Origin: Candidatus Subterrananammoxibius californiae
GTDB taxonomy: Bacteria; Planctomycetota; Brocadiia; Brocadiales; Subterrananammoxibiaceae
Length of the DNA stretch: 64,000 nt
Direction: 5' to 3'
Assembly: GCA_030586555.1 (NCBI GenBank)
Contig: JAURAC010000011.1
Coordinates: forward strand, 1-64,000
A program made the position numbers and the translations under genes. The notes under the pieces are model-generated. The model was not told the DNA's origin. It ran no database searches and saw nothing but the letters and a program-made list of their open reading frames with translations. Positions 1 to 9,729 of this stretch are shown one piece after another; position 1 is the stretch's first letter; the number at the start of each line of letters is the position of its first letter.

Positions 1-1
1 T

Positions 2-775
2 TCCGTCGTTAATCTCTTCGTATAAGCCACTACCCACATCGTTGATAAAGATACGTCCAGTTACAGGGTGAACCGCAAAGGTGAAGGGATTGCGCAAACC
101 GTATGCCCAGATGGCTCGATTGTCGCCGCTGAGGGTGTTATAAAACGGGTTGTCAGCGGGGATAGTGCCGTCTTTGTTCAAGCGAAGCATCTTGCCATGC
201 AAGGTGTTGAGGTCCTGGGCAAGGTCGGGAAAAGTATTCTCTCCCACGGCGACGTAAAGTTTTCCATCAAGCCCGAAATGGAGCGCGCCGCCATTATGGA
301 ACCCTACCCCTCCGGTTAGGTCAAAAAGGTCAAAAAGAACGGTTTCGCTTCCAGGAATAGCGACATCGCCGCTCAAGGTGAAACGGCTGACACGGTTATG
401 CCTCGTAGGAGACATAGCTGTATAGTAAATGTAAATATATTGGTTGTTTGTAAAATCAGGGTCGAGGGTAATCCCTATAAGACCCTGCTCCCCTGCCGAG
501 CTAACAGAAACGCGTAACACCGGTGTGGACAAAAGAGTATCGTTTTTGATTAGACGTAGCGTGCCTTCCTGTTCGCAAACAAAGATGCGCCCATCGGGTG
601 CAATAGCCATAGCAGTGGGTTTATATAACCCGTCAGCAACCAGTTCGTCAACGAAGCCGTCAGGGACAGAGGCAGCATAGATTGGGCCTGGTAGAAGGGT
701 AAATGTGCACAAAAACGCACAGGAAAAAGCTGTCCTCAAAAATACCGCCAGTCTAACAAACCTCTTTACCTTCAC
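2..775 (-). CDS. PQQ-dependent sugar dehydrogenase (GSDH/sorbosone dehydrogenase family), secreted; runs off the left edge
   Basis: Not in the ORF track. Manual translation from GTG at 775 gives a signal-like N-terminus, then ...PTAMAIAPDGRIFVCEQ...GEQGLIGITLDPDF...HNGGALHFGLDGKLYVAVG...WAYGLRNPFTFAVHPVTG, which are typical GSDH motifs. Confidence 0.8.
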   Translation of the reverse strand, partial: MKVKRFVRLAVFLRTAFSCAFLCTFTLLPGPIYAASVPDGFVDELVADGLYKPTAMAIAPDGRIFVCEQEGTLRLIKNDTLLSTPVLRVSVSSAGEQGLIGITLDPDFTNNQYIYIYYTAMSPTRHNRVSRFTLSGDVAIPGSETVLFDLFDLTGGVGFHNGGALHFGLDGKLYVAVGENTFPDLAQDLNTLHGKMLRLNKDGTIPADNPFYNTLSGDNRAIWAYGLRNPFTFAVHPVTGRIFINDVGSGLYEEINDG

Positions 776-798
776 TCGTTATCTCAAATCATAGAAAA

Positions 799-2145
799 TT
801 ATAGACCAAGAAAGGAACCAAAGTTAAGAATTGTAGTAAAAAGAAGAGAAAAAAGCAAGGTAAAAAAAGCAAAGGTATTCCGTAGCCAAAGGCTAAGGAC
901 ACCAAAGGCTGGAGAGGTAAAAAGGTTGCCGTTTGAATCAAACTCAATTTCCTTAAATGGGGATAGAAGCTCTAAGTTGGGATGGCGCTTTATCTCTTCA
1001 TCGTAGCCTTCTGATAGCATGAGTTTGTCAAGCTGGAGTGTATTCTTAACCCTTATAACCTTCGCATCTTCTGGCTTGGAAATAGCGAGGGTTGCAAGGG
1101 CTTTGTCAATAGCTTCTTTATCATTTTCACAAGTTATGGGTATTTTAGCGCCTTCTGGTCTCATTCCTGTTATGCAGTTCAGATACGTCTCTTGAAAATT
1201 TATCTTATTTACCAGTCTTCGTGTAGTAAAGTCTGCAAGCCCTATCCCACAGGCATTGCCACCGGATTTTTCAGTCAAATCGCGGACGTATATTCTCACA
1301 ACCTTAATATCCGAACTGCCACCCCGTCCAATGATATTAGTATCCATGCCCGTACCGCTAATATCCTTCCCCATCTCGTCAATTATCAATAAATCAATAT
1401 CATTAAAAGGTAACCTCGCCATCATTTTAGCTGCTTTCTCTTTAAGCTTGGGTTCGACATGCAAAAATTCCTCGGGTTTACAGGCAACGAGGTCAGCCGT
1501 TTGTCCACAGGCATTTTCTATGATTGCAAGACCAAAAAGTACGGGTATCTTTGTAAGAATAATAGAGGCAATTGAATGAATAATTTCGTCAAAGCTATAG
1601 CGAGCAATTGCACGGTGGCATGTAGTAGCGCCCTCACGTTTGCCGAGCCCAACGATGAGCATCTTCATAATGCCGCTTTCTATTTTTCCGATAAAGCGTG
1701 TGTGAGGCTTTATGCGATTAATTACAACGACGTGGTCTGCAGTGTGGGCACATTTATCGAAATATACGGGTATGTTGAGCTTGCTCTTGCCGAGTTCAAC
1801 GACATCCATTGAGGACTTGACAGGAACGCCCATCTCCTTTTCTGTGATACCATATTTTGTTAGAACGGCAAGCTGTCCATCGGCTGTTCCTCCACCATGC
1901 CCCCCCATTGCAGGCACAATAAAAGGCTGTGCCTTTAAGGCTTTTAGCTCGTCAATCACAGCCTTTATAATAATGTTTATCCTATCAATTCCGCGGCTGC
2001 CTGCCGTTACAGCTATTGTGTGTCCTGCTTTGACTTTGGAGTTAAGATTGAGTTTTGTTAATTCCTCGTGAATTTTTGAGGGGATGTCTGAAATAAAGGT
2101 AGTCTCAAACGTTTGCTTAACCAAACTTAGCCTGGGATAAGGCAT
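799..2145 (-). CDS. Lactate racemase (LarA)-like / DUF2088 domain protein
   Basis: IAVTAGSRGI, FIVPAMGGHGGGT, NRIKPHT and GKDISGTGMDTNIIGR motifs. Confidence 0.7.
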   Translation of the reverse strand: MPYPRLSLVKQTFETTFISDIPSKIHEELTKLNLNSKVKAGHTIAVTAGSRGIDRINIIIKAVIDELKALKAQPFIVPAMGGHGGGTADGQLAVLTKYGITEKEMGVPVKSSMDVVELGKSKLNIPVYFDKCAHTADHVVVINRIKPHTRFIGKIESGIMKMLIVGLGKREGATTCHRAIARYSFDEIIHSIASIILTKIPVLFGLAIIENACGQTADLVACKPEEFLHVEPKLKEKAAKMMARLPFNDIDLLIIDEMGKDISGTGMDTNIIGRGGSSDIKVVRIYVRDLTEKSGGNACGIGLADFTTRRLVNKINFQETYLNCITGMRPEGAKIPITCENDKEAIDKALATLAISKPEDAKVIRVKNTLQLDKLMLSEGYDEEIKRHPNLELLSPFKEIEFDSNGNLFTSPAFGVLSLWLRNTFAFFTLLFSLLFTTILNFGSFLGL

Positions 2146-2155
2146 ATTTCAGATT

Positions 2156-2794
2156 TCATCCTAATTTAGGAGGAGTAAGAATACCACCAGATAAAATCAA
2201 CTTCATACCTTCCTCGATGCTTAATCCGGTCTCAATCATGTCTTTTTCTGCAAAAAAGCACAGGAAGCCCGAGGTTGGGTTGGGCACTGTGGGGACAAAA
2301 ACGCTGTAGACTTTTTCGATACCCTTTAGCATTGTGTCTCCGGTCACGAATCCTATAACCTTCGTTCCTGGTTTTGGGAAGTCAACTAAAACCACTCGTT
2401 TAAATGAAGCTTTGCCTGGCAAGGTGGCTGTTTGAACGATTTGCTTAATAGAACTGTAAACAGTTTTAATTAACGGCGTCTTGTTTATCAGCATTTCAAA
2501 AAAACGAATTATACGCACGCCAACTATATTTGATGCAAAAAGTCCTATAAAATACAAAGCAATAAAGGTAAGTATAAGACTAATTATTGTTACTGCAAAA
2601 CCGGGAAGCTTGTAGTCATTTGTTTCTATAACCCTCTTTACAATGGGAGAAAAATAACCCCCTATGAAACTAAAGAGTGTTTTTACCACGGCGTAGGTAA
2701 TGTATACAGGCAGGATAATAAGTATGCCTGCAAGCAGCCTCTTTTTTAACGTTCTTCTAAGCTGTTCTATAAGAGTATGTTTTTCAGCTTCCAT
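2156..2794 (-). CDS. DUF502 family membrane protein
   Basis: Two TM helices; P.IKTVYSSIKQI and VFVPTVPNPTSGFL motifs. Confidence 0.85.
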   Translation of the reverse strand: MEAEKHTLIEQLRRTLKKRLLAGILIILPVYITYAVVKTLFSFIGGYFSPIVKRVIETNDYKLPGFAVTIISLILTFIALYFIGLFASNIVGVRIIRFFEMLINKTPLIKTVYSSIKQIVQTATLPGKASFKRVVLVDFPKPGTKVIGFVTGDTMLKGIEKVYSVFVPTVPNPTSGFLCFFAEKDMIETGLSIEEGMKLILSGGILTPPKLG

Positions 2795-2832
2795 ATTTTC
2801 CCTTGTTAATGCCTCGTTCCCACAACCCTAAT

Positions 2833-4584
2833 TCACCACTGGACGACAAACAGATTTTTCCCTACAAAAGCGGATATGCCAGCAAGGATAAAACCAAAAT
2901 CTACCACAAACTCACAAATCAGCCCATCAGCCAGAATACGCCTGTGATACAAGTATAGATAACTGCAGGCGTAAATTAGACAAGTCACCATATAAAATCC
3001 AATATAAGATGCCCACCCAATGACTGGAGTTATCACCAAAAAGACCGCTAAAAGGACAGCCATGGACCATAAGATAATCTTTGTTTTCTCCTTTCCGATT
3101 GCAATAGGTATTGTTTCCTTGCCCATAAGCATGTCACCCTGAATATCCCGCATATCGAGCAACACCGCCCTTATGAAAACTATACAAAAAGTAAAAACGA
3201 AGGCTACAATTAATGATAAGAAATGATAACTGCCACTTCCCAGAAATGGGATTAAAGCAGTGTATACTGCAAGGGCAACGCTGAAGAATATCTCCTTAGA
3301 ACCCTGAATCTGTTTAAGACTGCGATAATAAATAATATTGGGAAGCTTTTTAGGAATTATTTCTAATCGGTAAGCCATCCCTGAAAGGCTTGTAAAGAAT
3401 ACGAGTAAGAACACATAGGGGCTTACTAAAAATGATAGCGTCATGGAAAGCACTGCCCCGAATATTCCAAGGCCTATAATTAGCGATTGGCGTTTTTCGT
3501 AGAAAAATGCCCTGAAGGGTTCATTTAACGTGTCAGCCTCTTTATTTGCAAAATGGTCCAGCGCAAGCGCTGAAAATAATGACAGAGCAGAGATTGCGCC
3601 GTATATCGCTTTGGGTTGTATCCCCATAATCAAACAGTTTGCATAAGTTAAACATGCGGCGCCTATGCTGGCATACGCATTACTCCCGACGAAGTACATA
3701 GCGACATCTTTCAGATGTTTTTGCAGTTTACCAAATCTTCCTGATTGGCAAGATTCGAGTTTTTCGACAACACGAGTAATAAGCCAGTTCGGTGTCGAAG
3801 CGCCAGCAGTAACTCCGATTACCTCAAATTCTCTGAACATTTTTGGATTCAGTTCGTTTTCGGTCTCGATGTGAAAAGTAGGTTTTCCTTCCGCCTCAGA
3901 GATTTTTACCAATCTATTAGTATTGGCGCTCCCTCTGCCGCCAACCACAATCATAGCGTCAACGGATTTACTAAGGTTTATTACTTCTTCCTGCCGCTCC
4001 GAAGTGGAACTGCAGACGGTTCCAAATATCTCACAAGAACCGTACCTTTTCTTGAGTTTTTCCGTAGTCTTTTCAAACATACGACTTTCCTGGGTAGTCT
4101 GGGCTACAACGCAAACCTTTTGCATTGCCGGTAATTTATCTACATCATCCGGAACCTCTACCACGTAACCTCTGCCCTCTGCGTATCCAAGCAACCCAAT
4201 TACTTCTGCATGACCTTTGTCACCGACAATAACCGTTGAATAGCCCTGTCTTGCATATTTGCTAATTATCCTTTGAACCCGCTTGACATGGGGGCATGTG
4301 GCATCGCAAATTTTTGCCCCTTGCTGCTCAATCTGCATTCTCCTGGCAGGCGTAATTCCATGCGCCCTTATAACAACGGTGCTTCGGGAAAGGTCAGAAG
4401 AATCCTGCGCAACACCTATACCCTTCTGCCTTAGCAGGTCTAAAACCTGTGGATTATGAATTAATGGACCATCTGTGTAAACAGTTCCGTTAGTGTTTTT
4501 GTCATGGGCTGCATCAAGAACAATATCCATAGCTTTTTTAACACCCATGCAAAATCCTGCCGTTTTTGCAACGATTACACGCAC
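2833..4584 (-). CDS. ispH: IspH (LytB) fused to a UbiA-like membrane domain
   Basis: AGFCMGV, IHNPQV, DATCPHV, AQTTQ, SANTNRL and TAGASTP motifs; C-terminal multi-TM region with DMRDIQGD..GKETIP. Confidence 0.9.
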   Translation of the reverse strand: MRVIVAKTAGFCMGVKKAMDIVLDAAHDKNTNGTVYTDGPLIHNPQVLDLLRQKGIGVAQDSSDLSRSTVVIRAHGITPARRMQIEQQGAKICDATCPHVKRVQRIISKYARQGYSTVIVGDKGHAEVIGLLGYAEGRGYVVEVPDDVDKLPAMQKVCVVAQTTQESRMFEKTTEKLKKRYGSCEIFGTVCSSTSERQEEVINLSKSVDAMIVVGGRGSANTNRLVKISEAEGKPTFHIETENELNPKMFREFEVIGVTAGASTPNWLITRVVEKLESCQSGRFGKLQKHLKDVAMYFVGSNAYASIGAACLTYANCLIMGIQPKAIYGAISALSLFSALALDHFANKEADTLNEPFRAFFYEKRQSLIIGLGIFGAVLSMTLSFLVSPYVFLLVFFTSLSGMAYRLEIIPKKLPNIIYYRSLKQIQGSKEIFFSVALAVYTALIPFLGSGSYHFLSLIVAFVFTFCIVFIRAVLLDMRDIQGDMLMGKETIPIAIGKEKTKIILWSMAVLLAVFLVITPVIGWASYIGFYMVTCLIYACSYLYLYHRRILADGLICEFVVDFGFILAGISAFVGKNLFVVQW

Positions 4585-4719
4585 TTTTTTCTTCCTGTTA
4601 ATAAGAGACTAAAAGGTGTAAAGGAAGATAAGAAGTTAAGAAGTTGGGAAGTTGAAAAACTCTTTTTTAACCTCGTAACTTCTTATCTTCTTAAGTTCTT
4701 AATATCTTCTCCTCTTTTG

Positions 4720-6768
4720 CTATTTTTCTTCTTCCTTTTCTCTTTGTGTCTGGGCAATTATGGTTTGGGCGATATGCGAAGGAACTGCATCATAGTGGGA
4801 AAATTCTACCGTGTAGGAGCCCTGTCCGCCAGTCATTGATTTTAGTTCCGTTTCGTATCTCATAATTTCAGACATAGGTATGCTCGCCTTAATCACCTGA
4901 AGTTCTCCGATGGAATCCATACCGACGATGCGGCCTCTTCGGCTTATTAGATTGCCCGATATCTCACCCATAAACTCCGATGGTATTGTTACCTCAATAT
5001 TAACGATGGGTTCGAGAAGGACGGGTTTCGCATCCTTAAATGCTATCTGAAATGCCTTAGAGCCAGCCATTTTAAAGGCTGCTTCTGAGGAATCAACCGT
5101 GTGGAAAGAGCCGTAGTAAAGCGCAACCTTGACATCCACTATTGGGTATCCCGCAAGTATCCCTTTTGTCATAATCTCTCTAACACCTTTTTCGACGGCA
5201 GGAATATATTGGCCTGGAATAGAGCCGCCAAATACCTCGTTAGCAAACTCAAACCCTGTACCCCTTTGTAACGGCTCGATACGGATATAAACCTCCCCAT
5301 ATTGACCGCGTCCGCCCGTCTGCTTTTTGTGTTTATACTGGGATTCTGCCTTCGATGTAATTGTCTCTTTATAAGGTATCTTTGGAGGTTTTGTATTAAC
5401 CTCTACTTCAAAGCGCCTTTTTAAACGACCAAGCATTATATCGAGGTGCAGATTAGTCATCCCGGCAACAACCAATTCACCCGTTTGTGTGTCACGGGTT
5501 ACCTTAAACGTATGGTCTTCTTCTGATAATTTGTGCAGCGCGCCACTGATTTTTTGCTCAGCGCCCTGTGATTTTGGCTCAACGGCTAAGGACACCATGG
5601 GTGTAGGAAATGTAATTGGATTAAATTTCACAAGCCTCTTTGGACTACACAGCGCATCTGAAACACTAACGTCTTCCACCTTGGACATCGCAAGTATATC
5701 ACCAGCAATAACCTTATTTATCGCCGTTTGTTCCTTGCCAAATACCTTAAAGATATGACCTGGCCTTTCATTCCTCCTGGTTCTCGGGTTATAAAACGAA
5801 AGTTCCCCGTCTAAGACACCGCTAAATGTCCTGAAGAATGCTAACTTGCCAACAAATGGGTCTGTAATACACTTAAATACCTGGGCGCAAAAGGGGGCTG
5901 CTGCGGAATTATTAAGAACTATTTCTTCGCCCTTTTCAGCATCCACGCACTTCCTGTTAGTATTTTCTTCCGGGGATGCCGCATAATTTGCAACCGTGTC
6001 GAGAATTTCTTTAATACCTATATTCTTCTTGTTTGAGCAACATAGTATCGGAACAACATGTCCACCAGCAATAGCCTTAATCAAGCACTTTTGAATCTTT
6101 TCCTTTTCTATCTCTTCTCCCTCAAGGTATCTCTGAAGCAGCGCATCATCAGCTTCTACGATTGCCTCCATGAGCGATTCGTGGAAGCGGTTAGTATCGC
6201 CAATGAGCCCGTCAGGGAGTTTTGTATTGAGTTCCAGGGTGTTGATAACATCTTCAAAATCATGGCCACAGCCAACTGGCACTGTCATCGGGATACAGTT
6301 AGCGCCGAAGTTCTTTCGAATAGAATCAAGAAGCTGAAGGAATTCAATATTTTCGCCGTCCATCTTTGAAATTACGATTATGCGGCCAATGCCTCTTTCG
6401 GCGGCAAGGCTCCATAGACGTCGTGTATTTGCCTGGATTCCAGAAGTGGCTGCAATCACAACTAATGCGGTTTCTACTGCAGTAAGCGCACCTATTGCCT
6501 CACCGATAAAATCAGGATACCCTGGGGTGTCAACTATATTGAGTTCCTTACCCTGCCACTTACAATGAAGTATCTTTGAACTTATAGTAAATTTTCTTTC
6601 CTTTTCATCTGGTTCATAGTCTGCCACTGATGTGTCGTCATCTACGCTGCCGAGGCGGGTGGTTGCTCCTGCCTTAAAAAGCAAAGATTCTACGAGTGAT
6701 GTTTTTCCAGAGGCACCATGCCCGATAAGGGTAATGTTCCTTATATCCTTTGTTTCATAAGCAGCCAT
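4720..6768 (-). CDS. fusA: Elongation factor G paralogue (EF-G2-like)
   Basis: GHGASGKT, DTPGYPDF, KKQTGGRGQYG and HTVDSSEAAF motifs; 682 aa. Confidence 0.9.
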   Translation of the reverse strand: MAAYETKDIRNITLIGHGASGKTSLVESLLFKAGATTRLGSVDDDTSVADYEPDEKERKFTISSKILHCKWQGKELNIVDTPGYPDFIGEAIGALTAVETALVVIAATSGIQANTRRLWSLAAERGIGRIIVISKMDGENIEFLQLLDSIRKNFGANCIPMTVPVGCGHDFEDVINTLELNTKLPDGLIGDTNRFHESLMEAIVEADDALLQRYLEGEEIEKEKIQKCLIKAIAGGHVVPILCCSNKKNIGIKEILDTVANYAASPEENTNRKCVDAEKGEEIVLNNSAAAPFCAQVFKCITDPFVGKLAFFRTFSGVLDGELSFYNPRTRRNERPGHIFKVFGKEQTAINKVIAGDILAMSKVEDVSVSDALCSPKRLVKFNPITFPTPMVSLAVEPKSQGAEQKISGALHKLSEEDHTFKVTRDTQTGELVVAGMTNLHLDIMLGRLKRRFEVEVNTKPPKIPYKETITSKAESQYKHKKQTGGRGQYGEVYIRIEPLQRGTGFEFANEVFGGSIPGQYIPAVEKGVREIMTKGILAGYPIVDVKVALYYGSFHTVDSSEAAFKMAGSKAFQIAFKDAKPVLLEPIVNIEVTIPSEFMGEISGNLISRRGRIVGMDSIGELQVIKASIPMSEIMRYETELKSMTGGQGSYTVEFSHYDAVPSHIAQTIIAQTQREKEEEK

Positions 6769-6792
6769 CTTTTAGCCTCCATTTGAACAACG

Positions 6793-6852
6793 GTAGGGGC
6801 AGACCTATGTGTCTGCCCTACGTTCTGGGCGAACACGTAGGTTCGCCCCTAC
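6793..6852. repeat. GTAG-type REP doublet overlapping the hisA 3' end
   Basis: gtaggggcagac...gtctgccctac followed by gggcgaac...gttcgcccctac. Confidence 0.65.
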
Positions 6853-7567
6853 CCCGTGTCACTATACTAATTGCTTCGGATAATAAGATACTGCCAGTAT
6901 AAAGCGCTTTGCCAATAATCATTCCCTCGATGGGGAGTGCTGAGAGTTCCTCTACGTCCACAAGAGAGGTAATGCCTCCAGAAACAATGATAGGCGTCTT
7001 CACTGCAAGGGCGAGTTCCCTTGCGGTAGTAATATCTGGACCTTGAAGCATACCATCTTTTTTAATATTAGTAAAGATTATTGCCCGCGGTTTAGCCTTT
7101 TCTACTCCCTTTGCAACATCCAATATGGATGACTCCGATAGGTTTGTCCAACCCTTTACCGCTACCTTGCCATCCATTGCATCAATTCCCACCGCAATGC
7201 GAGTGGGATATTTTCTGCACAAATCGTATATCCATTCGGGCGAATCAACAGCCCTGGTTCCAATGACAATCCTATCCACCCCGCTTTCTAATAGCATTAA
7301 TGCTGTCTCATCTGTCCTGATGCCCCCACCCACCTCAATGGGTATATCAATAGTTTTTACAATTTCTTTAATTATCTCTAAGTTCCTGGGCTCTCCTTCA
7401 AAGGCGCCATCGAGGTCAACAACGTGTAAGTATTTTGCGCCCTGATTCCTCCACTGTTTTGCAACCAGAATTGGGTCATCAGAATAAACGATTTCCTTAT
7501 TACGCTTGCCCTGAGTCAATCTTACACATTTACCACCCCGCAGGTCAATAGCTGGGATTATAAGCAT
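6818..7567 (-). CDS. hisA: ProFAR isomerase HisA
   Basis: IIPAIDLRGGKCVRL, HVVDLDGA, VGGGIR and DGMLQGPD motifs. Confidence 0.95.
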   Translation of the reverse strand: MLIIPAIDLRGGKCVRLTQGKRNKEIVYSDDPILVAKQWRNQGAKYLHVVDLDGAFEGEPRNLEIIKEIVKTIDIPIEVGGGIRTDETALMLLESGVDRIVIGTRAVDSPEWIYDLCRKYPTRIAVGIDAMDGKVAVKGWTNLSESSILDVAKGVEKAKPRAIIFTNIKKDGMLQGPDITTARELALAVKTPIIVSGGITSLVDVEELSALPIEGMIIGKALYTGSILLSEAISIVTRGRGEPTCSPRT

Positions 7568-7579
7568 CGGAGCAAACTC

Positions 7580-7852
7580 TTAGCTGTTATTTGAGTATTC
7601 TTTTTCATCTTCTTCTTTTTGTAATTCTTCTAACTTAGTAAATTTCCTACCAGCCTTTTTTTCAGCTTTTGCCAATCTGCCTCTTTTATTCACAAAGTCT
7701 ACTAAAGGATTCGTTAAAAGCAAGTCCACAGAACTTGCTTTTAACTCTTTAAGTTTGAGATAACCAACAAAATCCATGCCCTCTTTAACCCTTTTTTCGG
7801 GTAAAGTCTCTATATCTGCAATTAATTTCTTTTTTGAACTTGTTTCTGGCAT
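7580..7852 (-). CDS. Small hypothetical protein (DUF2281/antitoxin-like)
   Basis: LPEKRVKE..DFVGYL pattern; co-oriented within the operon. Confidence 0.45.
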   Translation of the reverse strand: MPETSSKKKLIADIETLPEKRVKEGMDFVGYLKLKELKASSVDLLLTNPLVDFVNKRGRLAKAEKKAGRKFTKLEELQKEEDEKEYSNNS

Positions 7853-7889
7853 TTTTTGCCCCTTAAACCAATTAGGCTTTGCTACCTAT

Positions 7890-8102
7890 TTAAGCCAACA
7901 CGAGACGATGCCCTTTAGGTTCTGGTATGGGGTCACCAAATTCTTTGGCTGTATCAATCCATAGTTGGATCGCTTCTTTTATGCTTGATAATGCCGCTTC
8001 TTGTGTGTCGCCATGGGCCATGCAACCTGGTAGTTCAGGCACTTCTGCGATAAAAACTTGGTCTTCATTACTCCAGTAAAGGATGATTTCATACTTTAGC
8101 AT
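7890..8102 (-). CDS. hicB: HicB-family antitoxin (short form)
   Basis: AEVPELPGCMAHGDTQEAAL...GDPIPEP. Confidence 0.9.
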   Translation of the reverse strand: MLKYEIILYWSNEDQVFIAEVPELPGCMAHGDTQEAALSSIKEAIQLWIDTAKEFGDPIPEPKGHRLVLA

Positions 8103-8107
8103 TACTT

Positions 8108-8356
8108 TTAACCTCCAAGATTATATTTTAAGATAATTGTTCGTACCTGACGTACCTGATACACTTTAGCTTTGTTGCTATCACGTTGCAAGTTAATCTT
8201 TTCCTCAATACCCTGCTTTCTGAAAATATGATGGCTACCGCGAGTCCGCTCCTCAAAACCTAAGCGGTGTAGCAGTTGGCATAAATCATCAAAAGGTATG
8301 TTTGCATCTGAGGCACCTCGTAATATTTGTAATAAAAGTTTATCATACTTTCCCAT
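8108..8356 (-). CDS. hicA: HicA-family toxin
   Basis: LGFEERTRGSHHIF...AKVYQVRQV; immediately upstream of hicB. Confidence 0.85.
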   Translation of the reverse strand: MGKYDKLLLQILRGASDANIPFDDLCQLLHRLGFEERTRGSHHIFRKQGIEEKINLQRDSNKAKVYQVRQVRTIILKYNLGG

Positions 8357-8359
8357 TTG

Positions 8360-8989
8360 TCAAAAAGGTAACTCTGCAAAGTTTTTGAGTATTGTTAGCC
8401 CATGTCTCTGACTTTTTTCAGGATGGAACTGCGTGGCAAAGATGTTTTCCCTCCAGACCATGGATGTAAACCTTGTACCGTAATCCGTTTCAGTGGCAAT
8501 GTCATTCTCTTCTTCGGGACAAACATAATAGGAATGGACAAAATACATGTACGTGTTGGAGGGAACACCCTTAAGGATGGGAATATCTTTTTTTAAAAAT
8601 ATTTGATTCCAACCCATGTGCGGTATCTTTAGTAGGGGCACGTTGCAACGTGCCCCTACTTGTTCAAACCGAATTACCTTACCGGGTATAAGATTCAAGC
8701 CATCGTGTTCGCCATTTTCCATACTCTTTGTAAAGAGCAATTGAAGACCGAGGCATATCCCTAAAAAAGGCTTCCCATCATTAATACCCTTGAGTATTGG
8801 CTCAACAAGTCCCCTTTGCTCTAAGCCATCCTTCGCATCCTTGAATGCTCCAACACCGGGAAGGACTAACTTTTCAGCATTGTTTAAATCATCTGGATTG
8901 TCTGTGACCTTTGCCTTAAACCCAAGTTTCTCAAATGCCTTCTGGACGCTCCGGAGGTTGCCCATTCCGTAATCAATAATCGCTATCAC
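8360..8989 (-). CDS. hisH: Imidazole glycerol phosphate synthase glutaminase subunit
   Basis: [16 protein letters not shown] and QFHPEKS motifs. Confidence 0.95.
   Translation of the reverse strand: MIAIIDYGMGNLRSVQKAFEKLGFKAKVTDNPDDLNNAEKLVLPGVGAFKDAKDGLEQRGLVEPILKGINDGKPFLGICLGLQLLFTKSMENGEHDGLNLIPGKVIRFEQVGARCNVPLLKIPHMGWNQIFLKKDIPILKGVPSNTYMYFVHSYYVCPEEENDIATETDYGTRFTSMVWRENIFATQFHPEKSQRHGLTILKNFAELPF
8631..8660. repeat. Perfect 30-bp GTAG REP palindrome in frame within hisH
   Basis: agtaggggcacgttgcaacgtgcccctact. Confidence 0.8.
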
Positions 8990-9044
8990 AGCTTCCCTTT
9001 TCAGAGCCTAAGCACGGACAAACAAGTTTGTCCATGCCACCCGT

Positions 9045-9719
9045 TTAGCCAGCGTCCCTCGAGAGTATTACGATTTCGACCCTTCGATTCTTTTGTTGCC
9101 CTGCTTTAGTTTTGTTACTGGCTATAGGGCGGTATTCTCCAAAGCCGGAGATATAAATTTTCGTCGGGTCAATGTTGCACTCGTTTACAAAGAAATGAGC
9201 TACTGCGGCGGCACGGACTGCAGATAGCTCCCAGTTAGAACTATATTTTTTCTTTAATTTTTTAATGGGCACATTATCTGTATGACCTTCAACCCTGACA
9301 ATAGCAGTTGGGAAATCGGTTTTTATTGTACTTGCAATCTTCTTTAGAGGGGATTTTGCCTCCGCCTTGAGTGTTGTTTGCCCGGCGCCAAAAAGGGTAT
9401 TAGAGGGTAATAATAGCCTAATCTGCCGACCGGCAAGCTGGACGGTTACCCCCGTAGCAGCAAGCTTGCTTTCGAGTGTGGCTTTTGCGGTTTCTGGTTC
9501 AAATCCAAGCGTTCCAACACCACCGAGTTTGTCAAGGTTATTCTTTAATTCGGCATTTTCCTGTTCGAGTTCATTGACCCTTATGCTTTTTTGGTCAAGT
9601 TCTTCCTGTAACATAAGGAGTTGTGATTTTCTTTGTCTTCCAGCGCAACCAAGGAATGTAGCTACAATTATTAACATTAAGAACGCAACCCTGAAAGAAG
9701 AATACGGTCTTGTAAACAT
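9045..9719 (-). CDS. OmpA/MotB-domain lipoprotein
   Basis: Lipobox-like FLGC, coiled coil, EGHTDN...NWELSAVRA...NRRVEI. Confidence 0.85.
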   Translation of the reverse strand: MFTRPYSSFRVAFLMLIIVATFLGCAGRQRKSQLLMLQEELDQKSIRVNELEQENAELKNNLDKLGGVGTLGFEPETAKATLESKLAATGVTVQLAGRQIRLLLPSNTLFGAGQTTLKAEAKSPLKKIASTIKTDFPTAIVRVEGHTDNVPIKKLKKKYSSNWELSAVRAAAVAHFFVNECNIDPTKIYISGFGEYRPIASNKTKAGQQKNRRVEIVILSRDAG

Positions 9720-9729
9720 TTCCCCCCTC

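Noticed and set aside
68..680. Plus-strand ORFs 68-319 and 444-680
   Set aside because: Shadows of the minus-strand sugar dehydrogenase.
799..915. Hydrophobic C-terminal tail of the LarA-like protein as a membrane anchor
   Set aside because: Encoded by low-complexity T-rich sequence; it may be simple read-through and cannot be supported without orthologues.
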